Under the pieces are notes generated by a model. That model was not told the DNA's origin, ran no database searches, and worked only from the letters and a program-made list of their open reading frames with translations. Both the position numbers and the translations under genes were made by a program. 64,000 nt of DNA. Origin: Octopus sinensis (Eukaryota). The DNA lies in the NCBI RefSeq assembly GCF_006345805.1, contig NC_043023.1:15872001-15936000 (forward strand), read 5' to 3'. Below are positions 37,351 through 50,333 of the stretch, piece by piece (the stretch's first letter is position 1; the number at the start of each line of letters is the position of its first letter).

Positions 37351-38092
37351 AATTTATGAGAAAATGGGTGGGGGACAGAAGTATTTCCAAAAATAGCTGA
37401 AAAATAAGAAAAAGCCCCTAAAAGACCCTTCATAAATTAGATAGTTGAGCTCTGATTGGCTGCATGCAAATGAATTCATAACTGGGGTCCAGAACTCTAG
37501 TGGGAAAAAAAATTCACATCTTGGAATCATTGGAAGATTTTTTTTTTCTTTTGCATTGAATGAATTCCACAAAATTCCACAAAACCCATGTTTTGGTCCG
37601 GAAAGCTGGGTGGTGTGTGGTGGAACCCTTGGAGAGTTCACCCCCATTTTCAAATTAGGAGGTCACCGTATTTCATTCAACAAAAAAAGATTCCAATGAT
37701 TCCGGGATGGGATGGTGGAGCGGATCTGGGCCCAATCCTTTTCTTTTTTTCTGAAGAAAAGTAAGGGGTTCGCGGTATATTAGAAGGTCAGGGTACTTCA
37801 TTTCACACAAAAGATCAGGGTTTGTTTTTTCTTAGTGAAAGTATTAAGATTCACCTTTTTTTTTTATAGCAACTATAGCTTAAAAGGTTGGTATTTGTTT
37901 ATAGGTGTAGGACTGGCTGTGTGGTAAGTAGCTTGCTTACCAACCACATGGTTCCGGGTTCAGTCCCACTACGTGGCACCTTGGGCAAGTGTCTTCTTCT
38001 ATAGCCTCGGGCCGACCAAAGCCTTGTGAGTGGATTTGGTAGGTGGAAACTCAAAGGACCCTGTCGTATATATGTATATATATATATATATA

Positions 38093-38235
38093 TAATACTT
38101 AATAATTAGGGTTCAGCAAAGATTTGCTTTACCACATACCGAAGTTTAGAAATAGCAGCCAAAAAACGTTAGCTATTTCTAAACTTCGGTATGTGGTAAA
38201 GCAAATCTTTGCTGAACCCTATTTATTAAGTATTA
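38093..38235. repeat. Near-perfect hairpin, ~64-bp arms, 15-nt loop
   Basis: AGGGTTCAGCAAAGATTTGCTTTACCACATACCGAAGTTTAGAAATAGC and its exact reverse complement. Confidence 0.92.
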
Positions 38236-38337
38236 CTTAAGTTTACCGTGAAATGGTCCTTTTTTCATGCCGAATTCTACTTGGTGAAATTAATGATTAC
38301 TTGTTAATTAATTAATTTTACCCTTTGTTATTATGTG

Positions 38338-38370
<33 letters not shown>

Positions 38371-38959
38371 GTCCCCCACCCATTTTCTCATAAATTACTC
38401 TCTCTTTTACTCTTTTACTTGTTTCAGTTATTTGACTGCAGCCATGAGAGAGAGAGAGAGAACTCAGCATCTTAAATCTGCTGTAATACTTACACCTTAC
38501 AATAAAATGTTGTAGTGTGAAACAATTGTACCAAATTACCGGAGTCATTCTTGTTGCTTATTTTCATTATAATCACCCCAAGGATTTTTATGGATAACAC
38601 CATTCAAAATTCTGGTGCATCTAAATTAAGTACCATATTCATTTGAATCTAAATTGTTGCTGAACTTTATATATGTATGTATGTGTGTGTGTATATGTTT
38701 GTGTATCTGTGTTTGCCCCCCCAACATCGCTTGACAACCGATGGTGGTGTGTTTACGTCCCCGTAACTTAGCGGTTCGGCAAAAGAGAATAAGTACTAGG
38801 CTTACAAAGAATAAGTCCTGGGGTCGATTTGCTCAACTAAAGGTGGTGCTCCAGCATGGCCACAGTCAAAATGACTGAAACAAGTAAAAGAGTTAGTAAA
38901 GCAATGCAAATAAACAGGCTTCAGTTCCTTGAATGCAATTTTCAGGATAATATTTCATA

Positions 38960-40643
38960 CATTGGATCTTTTCACTTTGACCGGCAGATTTAAAAAATAA
39001 TTTTTTTTCTAACTAAACACTTCTGAACTTCGCATATACTGGTAGAATGTGTTTTTTAAAAAACATCTTTTTCTCTTGGCTTTATTGAGAAAATTCTATG
39101 GTTTGTAAGATATTTGGGATCATTTCGGTTTGAACGGCAGTTTTTTAAAATAATTTCCACGTAACTAAACACTTTTAAACTTCGTATACTGGTAGAATGT
39201 GTTTATAAAACATCTTTTTCTCTTGGCTTTATTGAGAAAATTCTATAGTTTGTAAGATATTTGCTTTTTTTCTTCTTCAATTTCTGCAATTTCGACCAAT
39301 CAATGACGTCTATTGAGGTGAAAACATTCGGATCTTTTCTGTTTGAACGGCAGATTTTTAAAATAATTTCCATGTGACTAAACACTTTTAAACTTCGATT
39401 ACTGGTAGAATGTGTTTATAAAACATCTTTTTCTCTTGGCTTTATTGAGAAAATTCTATAGTATGTAAGATATTTGTTGGGTTTTTTTTTCTTCAATTTC
39501 TGCAATTTCAACCAATCAATGACGTCTTTTGAGGTAAAAAAACATTCTGTACCGTATGAATATGTCCATCATTTAAGAAACAGATTGGGTTTATTTACAT
39601 TTCTGAAGAAAAAAAGATGCCCTTTCCGGATCTTTTCGGTTTGAATGGCAGTTTTTTCTAGCGGTGTCATATGAAATTGTCACCCATAATTATGACCCTA
39701 GTATCGATCTATTGCATTTCAATCTGTTTTAGGGTTAGGGTTGGTTAGGGATGGGGGAAGGGTATCTGCTTTTCTTCAGAAATGTAAATAAACCCAATCT
39801 GAACCGGTAACCATGTGGCTCGTAAGCAAGCTCCTTACCACACAGCCACTCCTGTGCCTAAGTTTTGTCTTTTTTTTTTAAAATCCTTTTTGGTTGATGC
39901 TTTATGTTAAATTTTTCTGCTTTCTTTGCATTTTTGTTTTCAAAAATATGTTATATAGGAATGGGTGTGACTGTCATAAGAAGCTTGCGGGTCTTTTCCT
40001 TTTGAACGGCAGACAATTTCTAGTTAACTTTGAAACTTCGTATACTGGTAGAATGTGTCAAAATAAAACGTAATTTTTTCTTGGTTTTATTGAGAAAATT
40101 CTATAGTTTGTAAGATATTTTCACTATAAAATCAAGCATTTTGGCAATTTTAACCAATCAAATACGTCCATTTGGAGTCAAAGCATTCTGTGCCGTATGA
40201 ATATGTCCCTCCTTTAAGAAACAGATTGGGTTTATTTACATTTCTGAAGAAAAAAAGATACCCTAACCCTAGTCCTAAAATAGATTGAAATGCAATAGAT
40301 CGATACCAAGGCCATAATTATTGGTGACAATTTCATATGACACCGCTACGGAAAATGGGATTTTTTTCTAGCGGTGTCATATGAAATTGTCACCAATAAT
40401 TATGGCCCTGGTATCGATCTATTGCATTTCAATCTATTTTAGGGTTAGGAGAATGGTATCTTTTTGTCTTCGCAAATGTAAATAAACCCAATCTGTTTCT
40501 TAAACAAGGGACATATTCATACAGCACGGTTTGTTTTGACTCCAAATGGACGTATTTGATTGGTTAAAATTGCCAAAATGCTCGATTTTAAAGTGGGAAT
40601 ATGTTACAAACTATAGAATTTTCTCAATAAAACCAAGAAAAAA
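38960..40643. repeat. Cluster of GGATCTTTTC..TTTGAACGGCAG family repeats, ending in a ~570-bp palindrome (40075-40643)
   Basis: Recurrent AAACTTCGTATACTGGTAGAATGTGT units (also 33105-33400 and 35080-35380); symmetry centre near 40355. Confidence 0.8.
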
Positions 40644-40866
40644 TGGCCTTGCTTTTTGCTTTTTGAGCCAAAAAATTAACTTAACTTAACTTGGCAGAAT
40701 TTGAACCAAGAATGTAAATATCGATAGAATACCTCCAAGCATATTGTCCTGCAAGCTGACCATTTACCCAGGTCACCACCTTTGTAAAAGTAAATATCAA
40801 TAGTTTATTACATCGGTCATACTCTGGCGATCAGATTTCATTTTTGTTTTTATATTTTTTCAGATC

Positions 40867-40909
40867 ATGAAATTCACATTACCCATTTCTTTTCTTGTAT
40901 TAAGTTCCT
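40867..40909 (+). CDS. Orphan secreted/GPI protein gene, coding exon 1 (MKFTLPISFLVLSS)
   Basis: T-rich tract and CAG acceptor at 40863, ATCATGA start, T|GTAAGT donor, hydrophobic signal peptide. Confidence 0.8.
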
Positions 40910-40936
40910 GTAAGTTTTTTTATTTTATTTTCTTTC

Positions 40937-41165
40937 TTAATCCTTTTGATACTAACCCGCCTGAAACCGCCTCTGGCTCTGAGTACAAATGTCTGGTTTT
41001 CATAAGTTTTGAATTAAAATCTTCCACCAAACCTTAGTCACAATTTATGTTCCTAACACTAGCTTAATGATAACTAAGTTATTTTACTAAATTCTTTGTT
41101 ATATTTAAAATTAATTGAAAGAAACACAGAGCATCTCAACAGAAATATGGGAACAAAAGGGTTAA
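40937..41165. mobile_element. piggyBac-type MITE (TTAA TSD)
   Basis: TTAA-TCCTTTTG...AAAAGGG-TTAA; same family at 44345-44548 and 44572-44795. Confidence 0.65.
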
Positions 41166-41412
41166 ATCCTTTTTCTTTAACATTTTTTTTCTCGAAATAA
41201 TTGTTTCAAACATCATTTACGTTAACATTGGTGGTTCTTTTTTTCATTTTTGCTTTTATAAATATGTTGTGTTATTTATTTGGTTTTAGCCAATATGGCT
41301 ACAATTGTATTACAACAATGCTTCTATCATCATCATCATCATCATTTTGACAGTGTCGAAACATTTAAGAATCAATTGGTTCTGACAACCAGGATTTTCA
41401 AAGTATATATAC

Positions 41413-41456
<44 letters not shown>

Positions 41457-42046
41457 TCTTTTACATGTTTCAGTCATTTGACTGTGGCCATGCTGGAGCA
41501 CCGCCTTTAGTCAAGCAAATCGACCTCGGGACTTATTCTTTGTAAGACCAGTACTTATTCTATCGGTCTCTTTTGCCGAACCGCTAAGTGACAGGGATGT
41601 AAACACACCAGCATCGGTTGTCAAGCAATGCTAGGGGGACAAACACAGACACACAAACACATATATACATATACATATATACTTCTACTATAGCCTTGGG
41701 CCAACCAAAGCCTTGTGAGTGGATTTGGTAGATGGAAACTGAAAGAAGCCCGTCGTATATATGTATATATATATATATCATCATCATCATCATCGTCGTT
41801 TAACGTCCGTTCTCCATGCTAGCATGGGTTGGACATATATATATGTGTGTGTGTTTGTCCCCCCAACATCGCTTGACACCCAATTCTGGTGTAGTTGCAT
41901 CCCCGTCACTTAGCAGTTCGGCAAAAGAGACAGATAGAATAAGTTCTAGGCTTACAAAGAATAAGTCCTGGGGTTGATTTGCTTGACTAAAGGCGGTGCT
42001 CCAGCATGGCCGCAGTCAAATGACTGAAACAAGTAAAACAGTAGTG

Positions 42047-42081
<35 letters not shown>

Positions 42082-42182
42082 GTGTGTGTGTGTGTATATA
42101 TATATTTGTGTATACATATGTATATATATATGTGTATGTATATATATATTTGTGTATACATATGTATATATATATGTGTGAG

Positions 42183-42221
<39 letters not shown>

Positions 42222-42850
42222 ATATATATATATATTTGTGTATACATATGTATACATATGTGTGTGAGTATATCTATATATATCATCATCATCATCGGTT
42301 GATGTCTGCTTGGATGATTTGACTGAGGTCTGGCGAACCAGATGGCTGCACCAGACTCCAATCTGATCTGGCAGAATTTCTACACCTGGATGCCCTTCCT
42401 AACGCCAACCACTCCGAGAGTGTAGTGGGTGCTTTTACGTGCCACCGGTACGAGGGTCACTCAAGCAGTACTGGCAACGACCATGCTCAAATTGTGCTTT
42501 TTATGTGCCACCTGCACAGGAGCCAGTCCGGCGGCACTGGCAACGACCTCGCTCAAATGTTTTTTCACGTGCCAGTAGTATTTATATGTATATGCATATA
42601 TACTTGTATATATATATGTATACATGATGTGCAACATTTTGGCTTGACATGGCCAGTTTAAATGGTAGATAGTTTTTAACGATTGAACTGAGAACCACAT
42701 TTTCAATAACCTCTCTCGAAAATTCCACAGTATAGAACATGTAACTTCATCTCCTGTTAATTAGTATTTAATTATTGTAAAAGAAATAGTAAATAGTCCT
42801 GTTGATAAAACGTAAAATCTGAAAACGATTTTTTTTTGTCATTTTCACAG

Positions 42851-42919
42851 TAGCTGTAGAAGCAAAAGTCGTGTGGAATGCACATCGAAATGCAAATATA
42901 ACCAAAGGTTCCCAAAGTG
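42851..42919 (+). CDS. Orphan gene coding exon 2 (LAVEAKVVWNAHRNANITKGSQS)
   Basis: TTTTCACAG acceptor, G|GTAAGA donor, 69 nt phase 1-1; completes the signal peptide (AVEA). Confidence 0.8.
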
Positions 42920-43091
42920 GTAAGAAAGTTAATAAACCCTTTTTGAATCCTTTAAATTAGACACTCGCATACATGTGTGTGTATGTAAGTCTCTCTCTGT
43001 CTTTCTCTCTCTCTATATATATATAGAGATTCCTGTTCATCAAACGTAAAATCTGAAATCAGAATTTTTTTTTTTTATTCTTTCACAATAG

Positions 43092-43151
43092 ATGTAGAAG
43101 TCAAACTGGGGCCAGACACAAAAGCAGATGAAACCAAGGATTCCCGAAATG
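43092..43151 (+). CDS. Orphan gene coding exon 3 (DVEVKLGPDTKADETKDSRN), duplicate of exon 2
   Basis: TAG acceptor, G|GTAAGA donor, 60 nt phase 1-1, homologous flanking intron. Confidence 0.7.
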
Positions 43152-43216
43152 GTAAGAAAGTTTATAAACCCTTTTTGAATCCTTTAAATTAGACACTAAC
43201 ATAAATGTGTGTATAT

Positions 43217-43286
<70 letters not shown>

Positions 43287-44061
43287 TAATAAATAAAATA
43301 TATGCATACATACAAACATATATGTACGTACCTAAATCTACATGTATATATACATGCATATATAAATATATATACGTGAGTACAGGACACTACAACTAGA
43401 TGTAGAACTCAACGAGAAACGAAAAAGCAAAAACAAGCATGGAACAGACCGTTTTTTTAACAATGAAAAAACAGAGTACAAGACAACTACACAAGGAAAA
43501 ATCCCCTTCATCAGCTGTCACTAGTTCAACTCCAGCGTGTTTCGAAGGTGAGGACAGAACACGACTCGTCGAACTAGTCCTTCCTGCGAAAGAATTAAAT
43601 AAAATTCCTTTGCAGAGGGGTAAAAACAAGGAAAAAGAATTGTGACAAAAACAGGACGTAAAAACAATACAATTAAAAACAAATACAAAATATATATATA
43701 TATAATGTATGTTTGTAGGTATGCAAAATGGCGTCTTCTTTCTGTCAATCCCTCTATACCAAATCCACTCACTTTGGTTGTCTCTGGGCTATAATTACTA
43801 TTTAATTATTAGAACAGAAATAGTAAATACTAGCACCATGTCATGGTAGCGCTGGGTCATAGTGCTAGTGCATGCATATACACGTGAGTGCTGTCCAAAT
43901 CTGTTAATTACATATAATTATTGTAACAGAAATAAAGGCGGTGCTCCAGCATGGCCGCTGTCAAATGACTGAAACAAGTAAAAAGAGAGAAAAAAAGAGA
44001 GTAAATAGTCCAGTTGATAAAATGTAAAATCTGAAAAGAATTTTTTTTTTCATTTTCACAG

Positions 44062-44136
44062 TAGCTGTAGAAGAATCAACCTCCAGCGTGTATGATATAC
44101 ATCGAAATGCAGATGAAACCAAAGGTTCCCGAAATG
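44062..44136 (+). CDS. Orphan gene coding exon 4 (VAVEESTSSVYDIHRNADETKGSRN), duplicate of exon 2
   Basis: TTTTCACAG acceptor, G|GTAAGA donor, 75 nt phase 1-1. Confidence 0.75.
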
Positions 44137-44232
44137 GTAAGAAAGTTAATAAACCCTTTCTGAATCCTTTAAATTAGACACTCATATAAATGTGTGTGTA
44201 TTTAAGTCTCTCTATCTATCTATCTATCTATC

Positions 44233-44263
<31 letters not shown>

Positions 44264-44571
44264 GATTAATAAATAAAACATAGGAACGCACGCATCCATT
44301 TCTAAGTAAGATTGTTCTTGATATTAATAATGATGCGCACTCTTGACCTTTCTCAGCCTTCATTCTTTCTGGTTTCCTTGTTTTCATAAGTTTTGAATTA
44401 AAATCTTCCACCAAACCTTAGTCACAATTTATGTTCCTAACACTAGCTAAATGGTAACTAAGTTATTTTACTAAATTCTTCGTTATATTTAAAGTAATTG
44501 AAAGAAACACAGAGCATCTTGACAGAAATATGGTAAGAAAAGGGTTAAAATATATAATAGAGAAACAATTC

Positions 44572-44795
44572 TTAACCCTTTTGATACCAACCTGGCTGAA
44601 AGCACCTCTGACCCTGTAGTACAAATGTCTTGTTTTCATAAGTTTTGAATTAAAATCTTCCACCAAACCTTAGTCACAATTTATGTTCCTAACACTAGCT
44701 TAATGATAACTAAGTTATTTTACTAAATTCTTTGTCATATTTAAAAGTAATTGAAAGAAACACAGCATCTCAAAATATAGTAACGAAAGGGTTAA
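44572..44795. mobile_element. piggyBac-type MITE (TTAA TSD)
   Basis: TTAA-CCCTTT...AAAGGG-TTAA. Confidence 0.7.
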
Positions 44796-45610
44796 GGAAG
44801 GTTAAAGAGCTAGAAATACAAATCGGAGGGGCCACTAGAGCTGTACTTTGCTTGTAGTGTTGAAATGGCTGCTGGGGGTCAATTTAGGATTTTGTTGCTA
44901 AAATTTCTGTTTAATTAATTCCTTATAGTTTTATTATACTATAAGGTGCAGGAGGGGCTGTGTGGAAAGTAGCTTGGTTACCAACCACATGGTTCCAGGT
45001 TCAGTCCCACTGCGTGGCACCTTGGGCAAGTATCTTCTACTATAGCTTCAGGCTGACCAAAGCCTTGTGAGTGGATTTGGTAGACGGAAACTGAAAAGAA
45101 GCCCATCGTATATATATATACGAAATCAGCCGAAATTGCTACGATGATCCAGTTCTTGACTGAAGATTGAAGGCTTCGAATGTCCCGTCCGTGTTTTTTG
45201 TGTCGTCTTCTAAGTGTTTTGCGTTCTTGCCCCAGTTTGTATTTTTCTACATATAATAATAAAATATATATATATGTGTGTGTGTGTTTGTGTGTCTATG
45301 TTTGTCACCCCGATATCGCTTAACAACCGATGCTGGTGTGTTTACGTCCCCGTAACTTAGCGGTTCAGCAAAAAGAGACCAATAGAATAAGTCCTGGGGT
45401 CGATTAGCTCGACTAAAAGCGGTGCTCCAGCATGGCCACAGTCAAATGACTGAAAAGAGTAAAAGAGAATCAGAGGGTCCACTAGAGCTGTACTTTGCTT
45501 CTAGTGTTGAAATGGCTATTGGGGGCCAATTTAGGATTTTGTTGCTAAAATTTGTTTAATTGCTTATAGTTTTATAAAAGGCAATATATCCAAATATTTT
45601 GTTCTTATAG

Positions 45611-45667
45611 GTGGTGAAAGCAGAACTGTTACAAGTAGTGATGGATCTTCTACTACTATCAGACCTG
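45611..45667 (+). CDS. Orphan gene coding exon 5 (GGESRTVTSSDGSSTTIRP)
   Basis: TTTTGTTCTTATAG acceptor, G|GTAAGT donor, 57 nt phase 1-1. Confidence 0.75.
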
Positions 45668-45849
45668 GTAAGTGGGTTTCCTATTACATTTAGCGTTTGT
45701 GGCTAGAAACCTCATTCGTAATTCTTTCTTCAATACCACCCAATCTGTAAAAAAAAGGCATCTGAAAACCTTAGAAATACCCTACAGTCTAGATGTATTA
45801 CAAAGGTCAGCATTACTTGGGCCTGCATGCATATTGTTTAAAGTACTGT

Positions 45850-46200
45850 CTGTCTGAGGTTCTAGCTGAGACTTGACAAACAGTCCTGCTCGTGTCAGAG
45901 CATAAACAGCCACCAGCCTGAGGACACCCCTGTCACTACTGTTCATGTCCAGTATCACCAACTTAACTTGAGGGTCTACGAAGATAGGCCCCTCTGGAAA
46001 AACACTGCAGTTTCACCTTGTATTCCTGGTTGACATGGAGATAAATAGATCTTGGAAATGGCCAGAGAGTCTGGTTTCACTGATGGTCACGACATCAACA
46101 CTTAGTGACCTGAGGTCATTGAGTAGATGGCCCTGTTTCCAAGACAACCCAGGCCACATGCATTTATACTGCCTATTCCGAACAAGGCCATATCGGGTTA
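45850..46200 (-). mobile_element. L1/Tx1-like AP-endonuclease relic
   Basis: WKQGHLLNDLRSLSVDVVTISETRL; homologous to 53293-53555. Confidence 0.7.
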
Positions 46201-46489
46201 GACTACGGAAGAAGAAAAGGTTACTCACAGTACTTTTGTGGGGATGGATGTTCCATCCTCATTGGTATATATGGATGTTTCAAGGCAGCAAGCTGGCAGA
46301 GACGTTAGCACGGCAGGCGAAATGCTTAGTGGTATTTCGTCCGCCGCTGCGGTCTGAGTTCAAATTCCGCCGAGGTCGACTTTGCATTTCATCCTTTCGG
46401 GGTTGATAAATTAAGTACCAGTTATGCACTTATCCGTTTGTCCCCTCTGTGTTTAGCCCCTTGTGGGTAGTAAAGAAATAGGTATATAC

Positions 46490-46888
46490 TCTCTTTACTT
46501 GTTTCAGTCATTTGACTGAGGCCATGCTGGAGCACCGCCTTTAGTCAAGCAAATCGACCTCGGGACTTATTCTTTGTAAGCCCAGTACTTATTCTATCGG
46601 TCTCTTTTGCTGAACCGCTAAGTGACAGGGACATAAACACACCAGCATCGGTTGTCAAGCAATGCTAGGGAGACAAACACAGACACACAAACACATACTT
46701 ACATATATATACATACATATATACGACGGGCTTCTCTCAGTTTCCTTTTACCAAATCCACTCACAAGGCATTGGTCGGCCCGGGGCTATAGCAGAAGACA
46801 CTTGCTCAAGATACCACGCAGTGGGACTGAACCCGGAACCATGTGGTTGGTTAGCAAGCTACTTAACACACAGCCACTCCTGCGCCTA
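46490..46888 (-). mobile_element. SINE family A
   Basis: Reverse complement of the family A sequence. Confidence 0.85.
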
Positions 46889-48042
46889 TATATGGATGTT
46901 TCTTTATATAGTCTTTTATTGACGTCTCTTCCGAAGGACCCTACTCCGTCAGGAAATTTAGTTTTTATGGTATTGAGTCTTGTGATGTTTGGATGACCCC
47001 TATGTGTGTGTGATGTCTGTATGGTTATGTGTGTGACCCCTTGGGTCTTTATTGTTTGTGTTTATTGCTCTGTAGTTCAGAACGTTTGACCTTTGCTGGT
47101 GTTGAGACATTTGGGAGTTGTGTGTGTGAATTGGGTTGTGTGCTTGTGAGGGTGGTGTCGACGGTAGTGATTGGGGTGATGTTTGTTATTGAAGGTACTA
47201 GTGTGGGTGCTGTTGGTGGAAATATTTGTCAATTTGTTTTCAAAGGTGTTTCCTACCTGTCAGATTTTTGTGTTGATATTTCACCTGTTGACATTTTGCC
47301 ATTCAGACTCTTTGTCAGCACCATCCCCCTGTGAAGGACACGCCTGGCTGCCCTAATAGGTGAGGGACAAATTTGTAGGAATTTCTGTTGTTGTTTTTGC
47401 TGCTGTTTGCTGTGTGGAAACCCTAAATGTTGGTGAATTCTTTGTTCTGTTGGCTACTGTTGTTGTTGTTGTTCTTGTTGTTGCTTGATAGATATTGCTT
47501 TTCCAGCTCTAGTGGTCACCTGCCTCTGCTCTTGTTGTGGTTGTTGTTAAGCAATATCTTCAATCAGCAACCTCATCATATCGTTTACTGTACAATGACT
47601 ATAATAGCCCTGATGCAGTACCAGGCAGTGGCTCTGATGGCTTCTGATCTTAACTGATTGGAAGTGTTATCATGTACACTGTTTTGTCTTGGTATAAAAG
47701 ATGGGCTACAGCAAATATTCTGCTCAATACCACAGATTTGCTTGTCAGTTGTTTGACCGTAACCAGTTGAGCATGTCCCTTAGTGGCTGACGATATGTGC
47801 ATCTCTGATCACGAGCAGAAGTAGTGGGGGAGCATCATAGCCATGTGTTGAGAGGGATTCTTTGGGGTTTGAATAGTTCACCTCTGGAAACATGGGTGGT
47901 TCTTTCAACATCCTTAAACAACCCTTATTCAGGGACCGTTTGAGCAGGAGGGGCTACTCAACCTGAAGAAAATTCTAACTGGGCCCCACCTGCAAGGTCA
48001 TATGCTGTTTATCTTGATATGAGATCACCATGTCCTAATCAT

Positions 48043-48382
48043 GAAAATAATTGCAGCGTGGAAGGTGTTTGTAAGCCATTTAAGAAACACACAAAAGCCG
48101 TTCGATTCACTTCAACATTTAAGTTTAATTTGTCAAAATATTTTCGTCCCTTTAAGACCGCAACCTGTTTACTGACAAAAATCCGTGCTGCATCTTGTCA
48201 GTGAACAGGTGGCGGTCTTAAAGCGAGGAAAATATTTTGACAAATTAAACTTAAATGTTGAAGTGAATCGAACGGATTTTATGTGTTTCTTAAATGGCTT
48301 ATTAACACCTTCCACGCTGCAATTGTTTTCATTCCAGTACACGATCTCAGATCAAATCACTTGCTATGCAAGTACATCTCCG
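48043..48382. repeat. Inverted repeat, about 135-bp arms
   Basis: TTGCAGCGTGGAAGGTGTT...CTGACAA mirrored by TTGTCAG...AACACCTTCCACGCTGCAA. Confidence 0.85.
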
Positions 48383-49544
48383 TAATATTTTTCTAATATT
48401 TAAACAAAAATCACAGTTTGTAACTGAACAAGTTCAAAAATTTCTTTTGAATTAGTTTTTTTTTTTTTGTTTTGTTTGACTGAATGGATTAGTTAGCTTC
48501 ATTCTCAAGGATCAACTATCTTTTTAACTATTTAGTTGCTATAGAATGGATTTGCATTCTCTAGTTTCTTGTTTGAGAAAGAAGAATTCAAAGAGAAAAA
48601 TATTATCAAGAATAAAAATTGACAGAAACCACTGTCTTTACCAATGCTAGATAATCCTTCTATCAGATGCAGGATAATTTACTAATTATTATTATTAATT
48701 ATTTACTAATTCATTTTTATCATGAGATTTTGGTTTTGGTTAATTTACTGATTATTCATTTTTATCATAAGATTTTGGTTAATTTATTAATTATAAATAA
48801 TTTACTAATTATTCATTTTTATCATGAGATTTGAGTTTTGGTTAATTTACTTTCACCATAGCCCTTAATATTTTCTTGGGTGTTTTATCCCCTCCCAATT
48901 CTTTATACCAGCCATTTTCATTGTTATGTTAAAATTTTGAGCCACCAAATTTAATTACACAAGAATGCCAGGAAATCCTTATACAACACTTGTTACGAAT
49001 TTAATAAATAAGAACGTTTCAGTTTTTTGTTTGAATAATGAGGAAATTAATTATATTTAAATAATAAGAAAAATAAATGCGCCCTTTTTAAAGACTAGCC
49101 AGGCTCATGGGCCCAGTTTCCCGATTTCTATGGCATGTATTCCCCAGCTGGACGGGACGCCAGTCCATCACAGCGTTACTCATTTTTGCCAGCTGAGGGG
49201 ACTGGTGCAACGTGGAATGAAGTGTTTTGCTCAAGAACACAATGCGTCGCCCAGTCCAGGAATCGAAACCACAATTTTACAATCATAGTGCTGACACCCT
49301 AACCCAGAAGCCTCCACTATTTAAATAATGTGTAAATCTATATGCTGCCCCTGGTAAACGATGGACTGATCCATTTTTGTGCTAAAAAAGTCAGTCCCCT
49401 TTGTTAATGCTTCGTAACCTTTCTAAATAATGGACTGATCTGAAGGAGAACATTTAATGAATTAGACATAGTAGTCCAAGATATTTGTGTCTGTCGACCC
49501 TTTTTCTTACCATGTTCCTGTTTAAATATATTGCCTTTGTTTAA

Positions 49545-49921
49545 GGTGGCGAGCTGGCAGAAACGTTAGCACGCCGGGCGAAATGCTTAGCGGTATTTCG
49601 TCTGCCGTTACGTTCTGGGTTCAAATTCCGCCGAGGTCGACTTTGCCTTTCATCCTTTCGGGGCCGATAAATTAAGTACCAGTTATGCACTGGGTCGACA
49701 TAATCGACTTAATCCGTTTGTCTGTCCCCTCTGTGTTTAGCCCCTTGTGGGTAGTAAAGAAATAGGTATTTCGTCTGCCGCTACGTTCTGAGTTCAAATT
49801 CCGCCGAGGTCGACTTTGCCTTTCATCCTTTCGGGGTCGATAAAATAAGTACCAGTTACACACTGGGGTCGACATAATCCGTTTGTCCCCTCTGTGTTTA
49901 GCCCCTTGTGGGTAGTAAAGG
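49545..49921 (+). mobile_element. SINE family B with tandemly duplicated 3' part
   Basis: GGTATTTCGTCTGCCG...GTAGTAAAG occurs twice. Confidence 0.8.
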
Positions 49922-50223
49922 AATATATATTGCCTTTGTTTCAATAAATTTTGGAAACAATAAAGAATTTAGGGGAACAATCTTGCCCTTACTAAGCTAG
50001 TGTTTGCAACACAAGTTTATTTGAAGTTTTGATGGAAAGTTTTACTTTAATGGCGGTGCCCCAGCATGGCCACAGCTCGTGAGCTGAAACTAGATGAAAT
50101 AAAAAATATTTAGATATCTTTAAAACAAGGTACTATAGAAACAAAGGCAGTTTTAAACAGGTTGGTATTACTATTTTTTATTAAAAACAAAAGGTATATG
50201 TGTTTATTTTTTGTCTTTTGCAG

Positions 50224-50333
50224 ATATGGGAACAACAAAAGAGCCTGGATCATACGCAGCAGTAACCAGCATGCCCAACTATGCCGTAGTGGTACTTTGC
50301 GTACTTGGTGCTTTGAAGCATTTCTTTTTATAA
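50224..50333 (+). CDS. Orphan gene terminal coding exon (DMGTTKEPGSYAAVTSMPNYAVVVLCVLGALKHFFL*)
   Basis: TTTTTTGTCTTTTGCAG acceptor, phase 1, small residues then a hydrophobic tail to TAA, GPI-signal-like. Confidence 0.75.

Noticed and set aside
39728-39750. TTAGGG telomere-like repeats
   Set aside because: Only 2-3 units, internal to an interspersed repeat
43440-43590. Hammerhead-like CTGATGA and CGAAAC words on the minus strand
   Set aside because: The words are in the wrong order or lack pairing stems; at most a decayed relic
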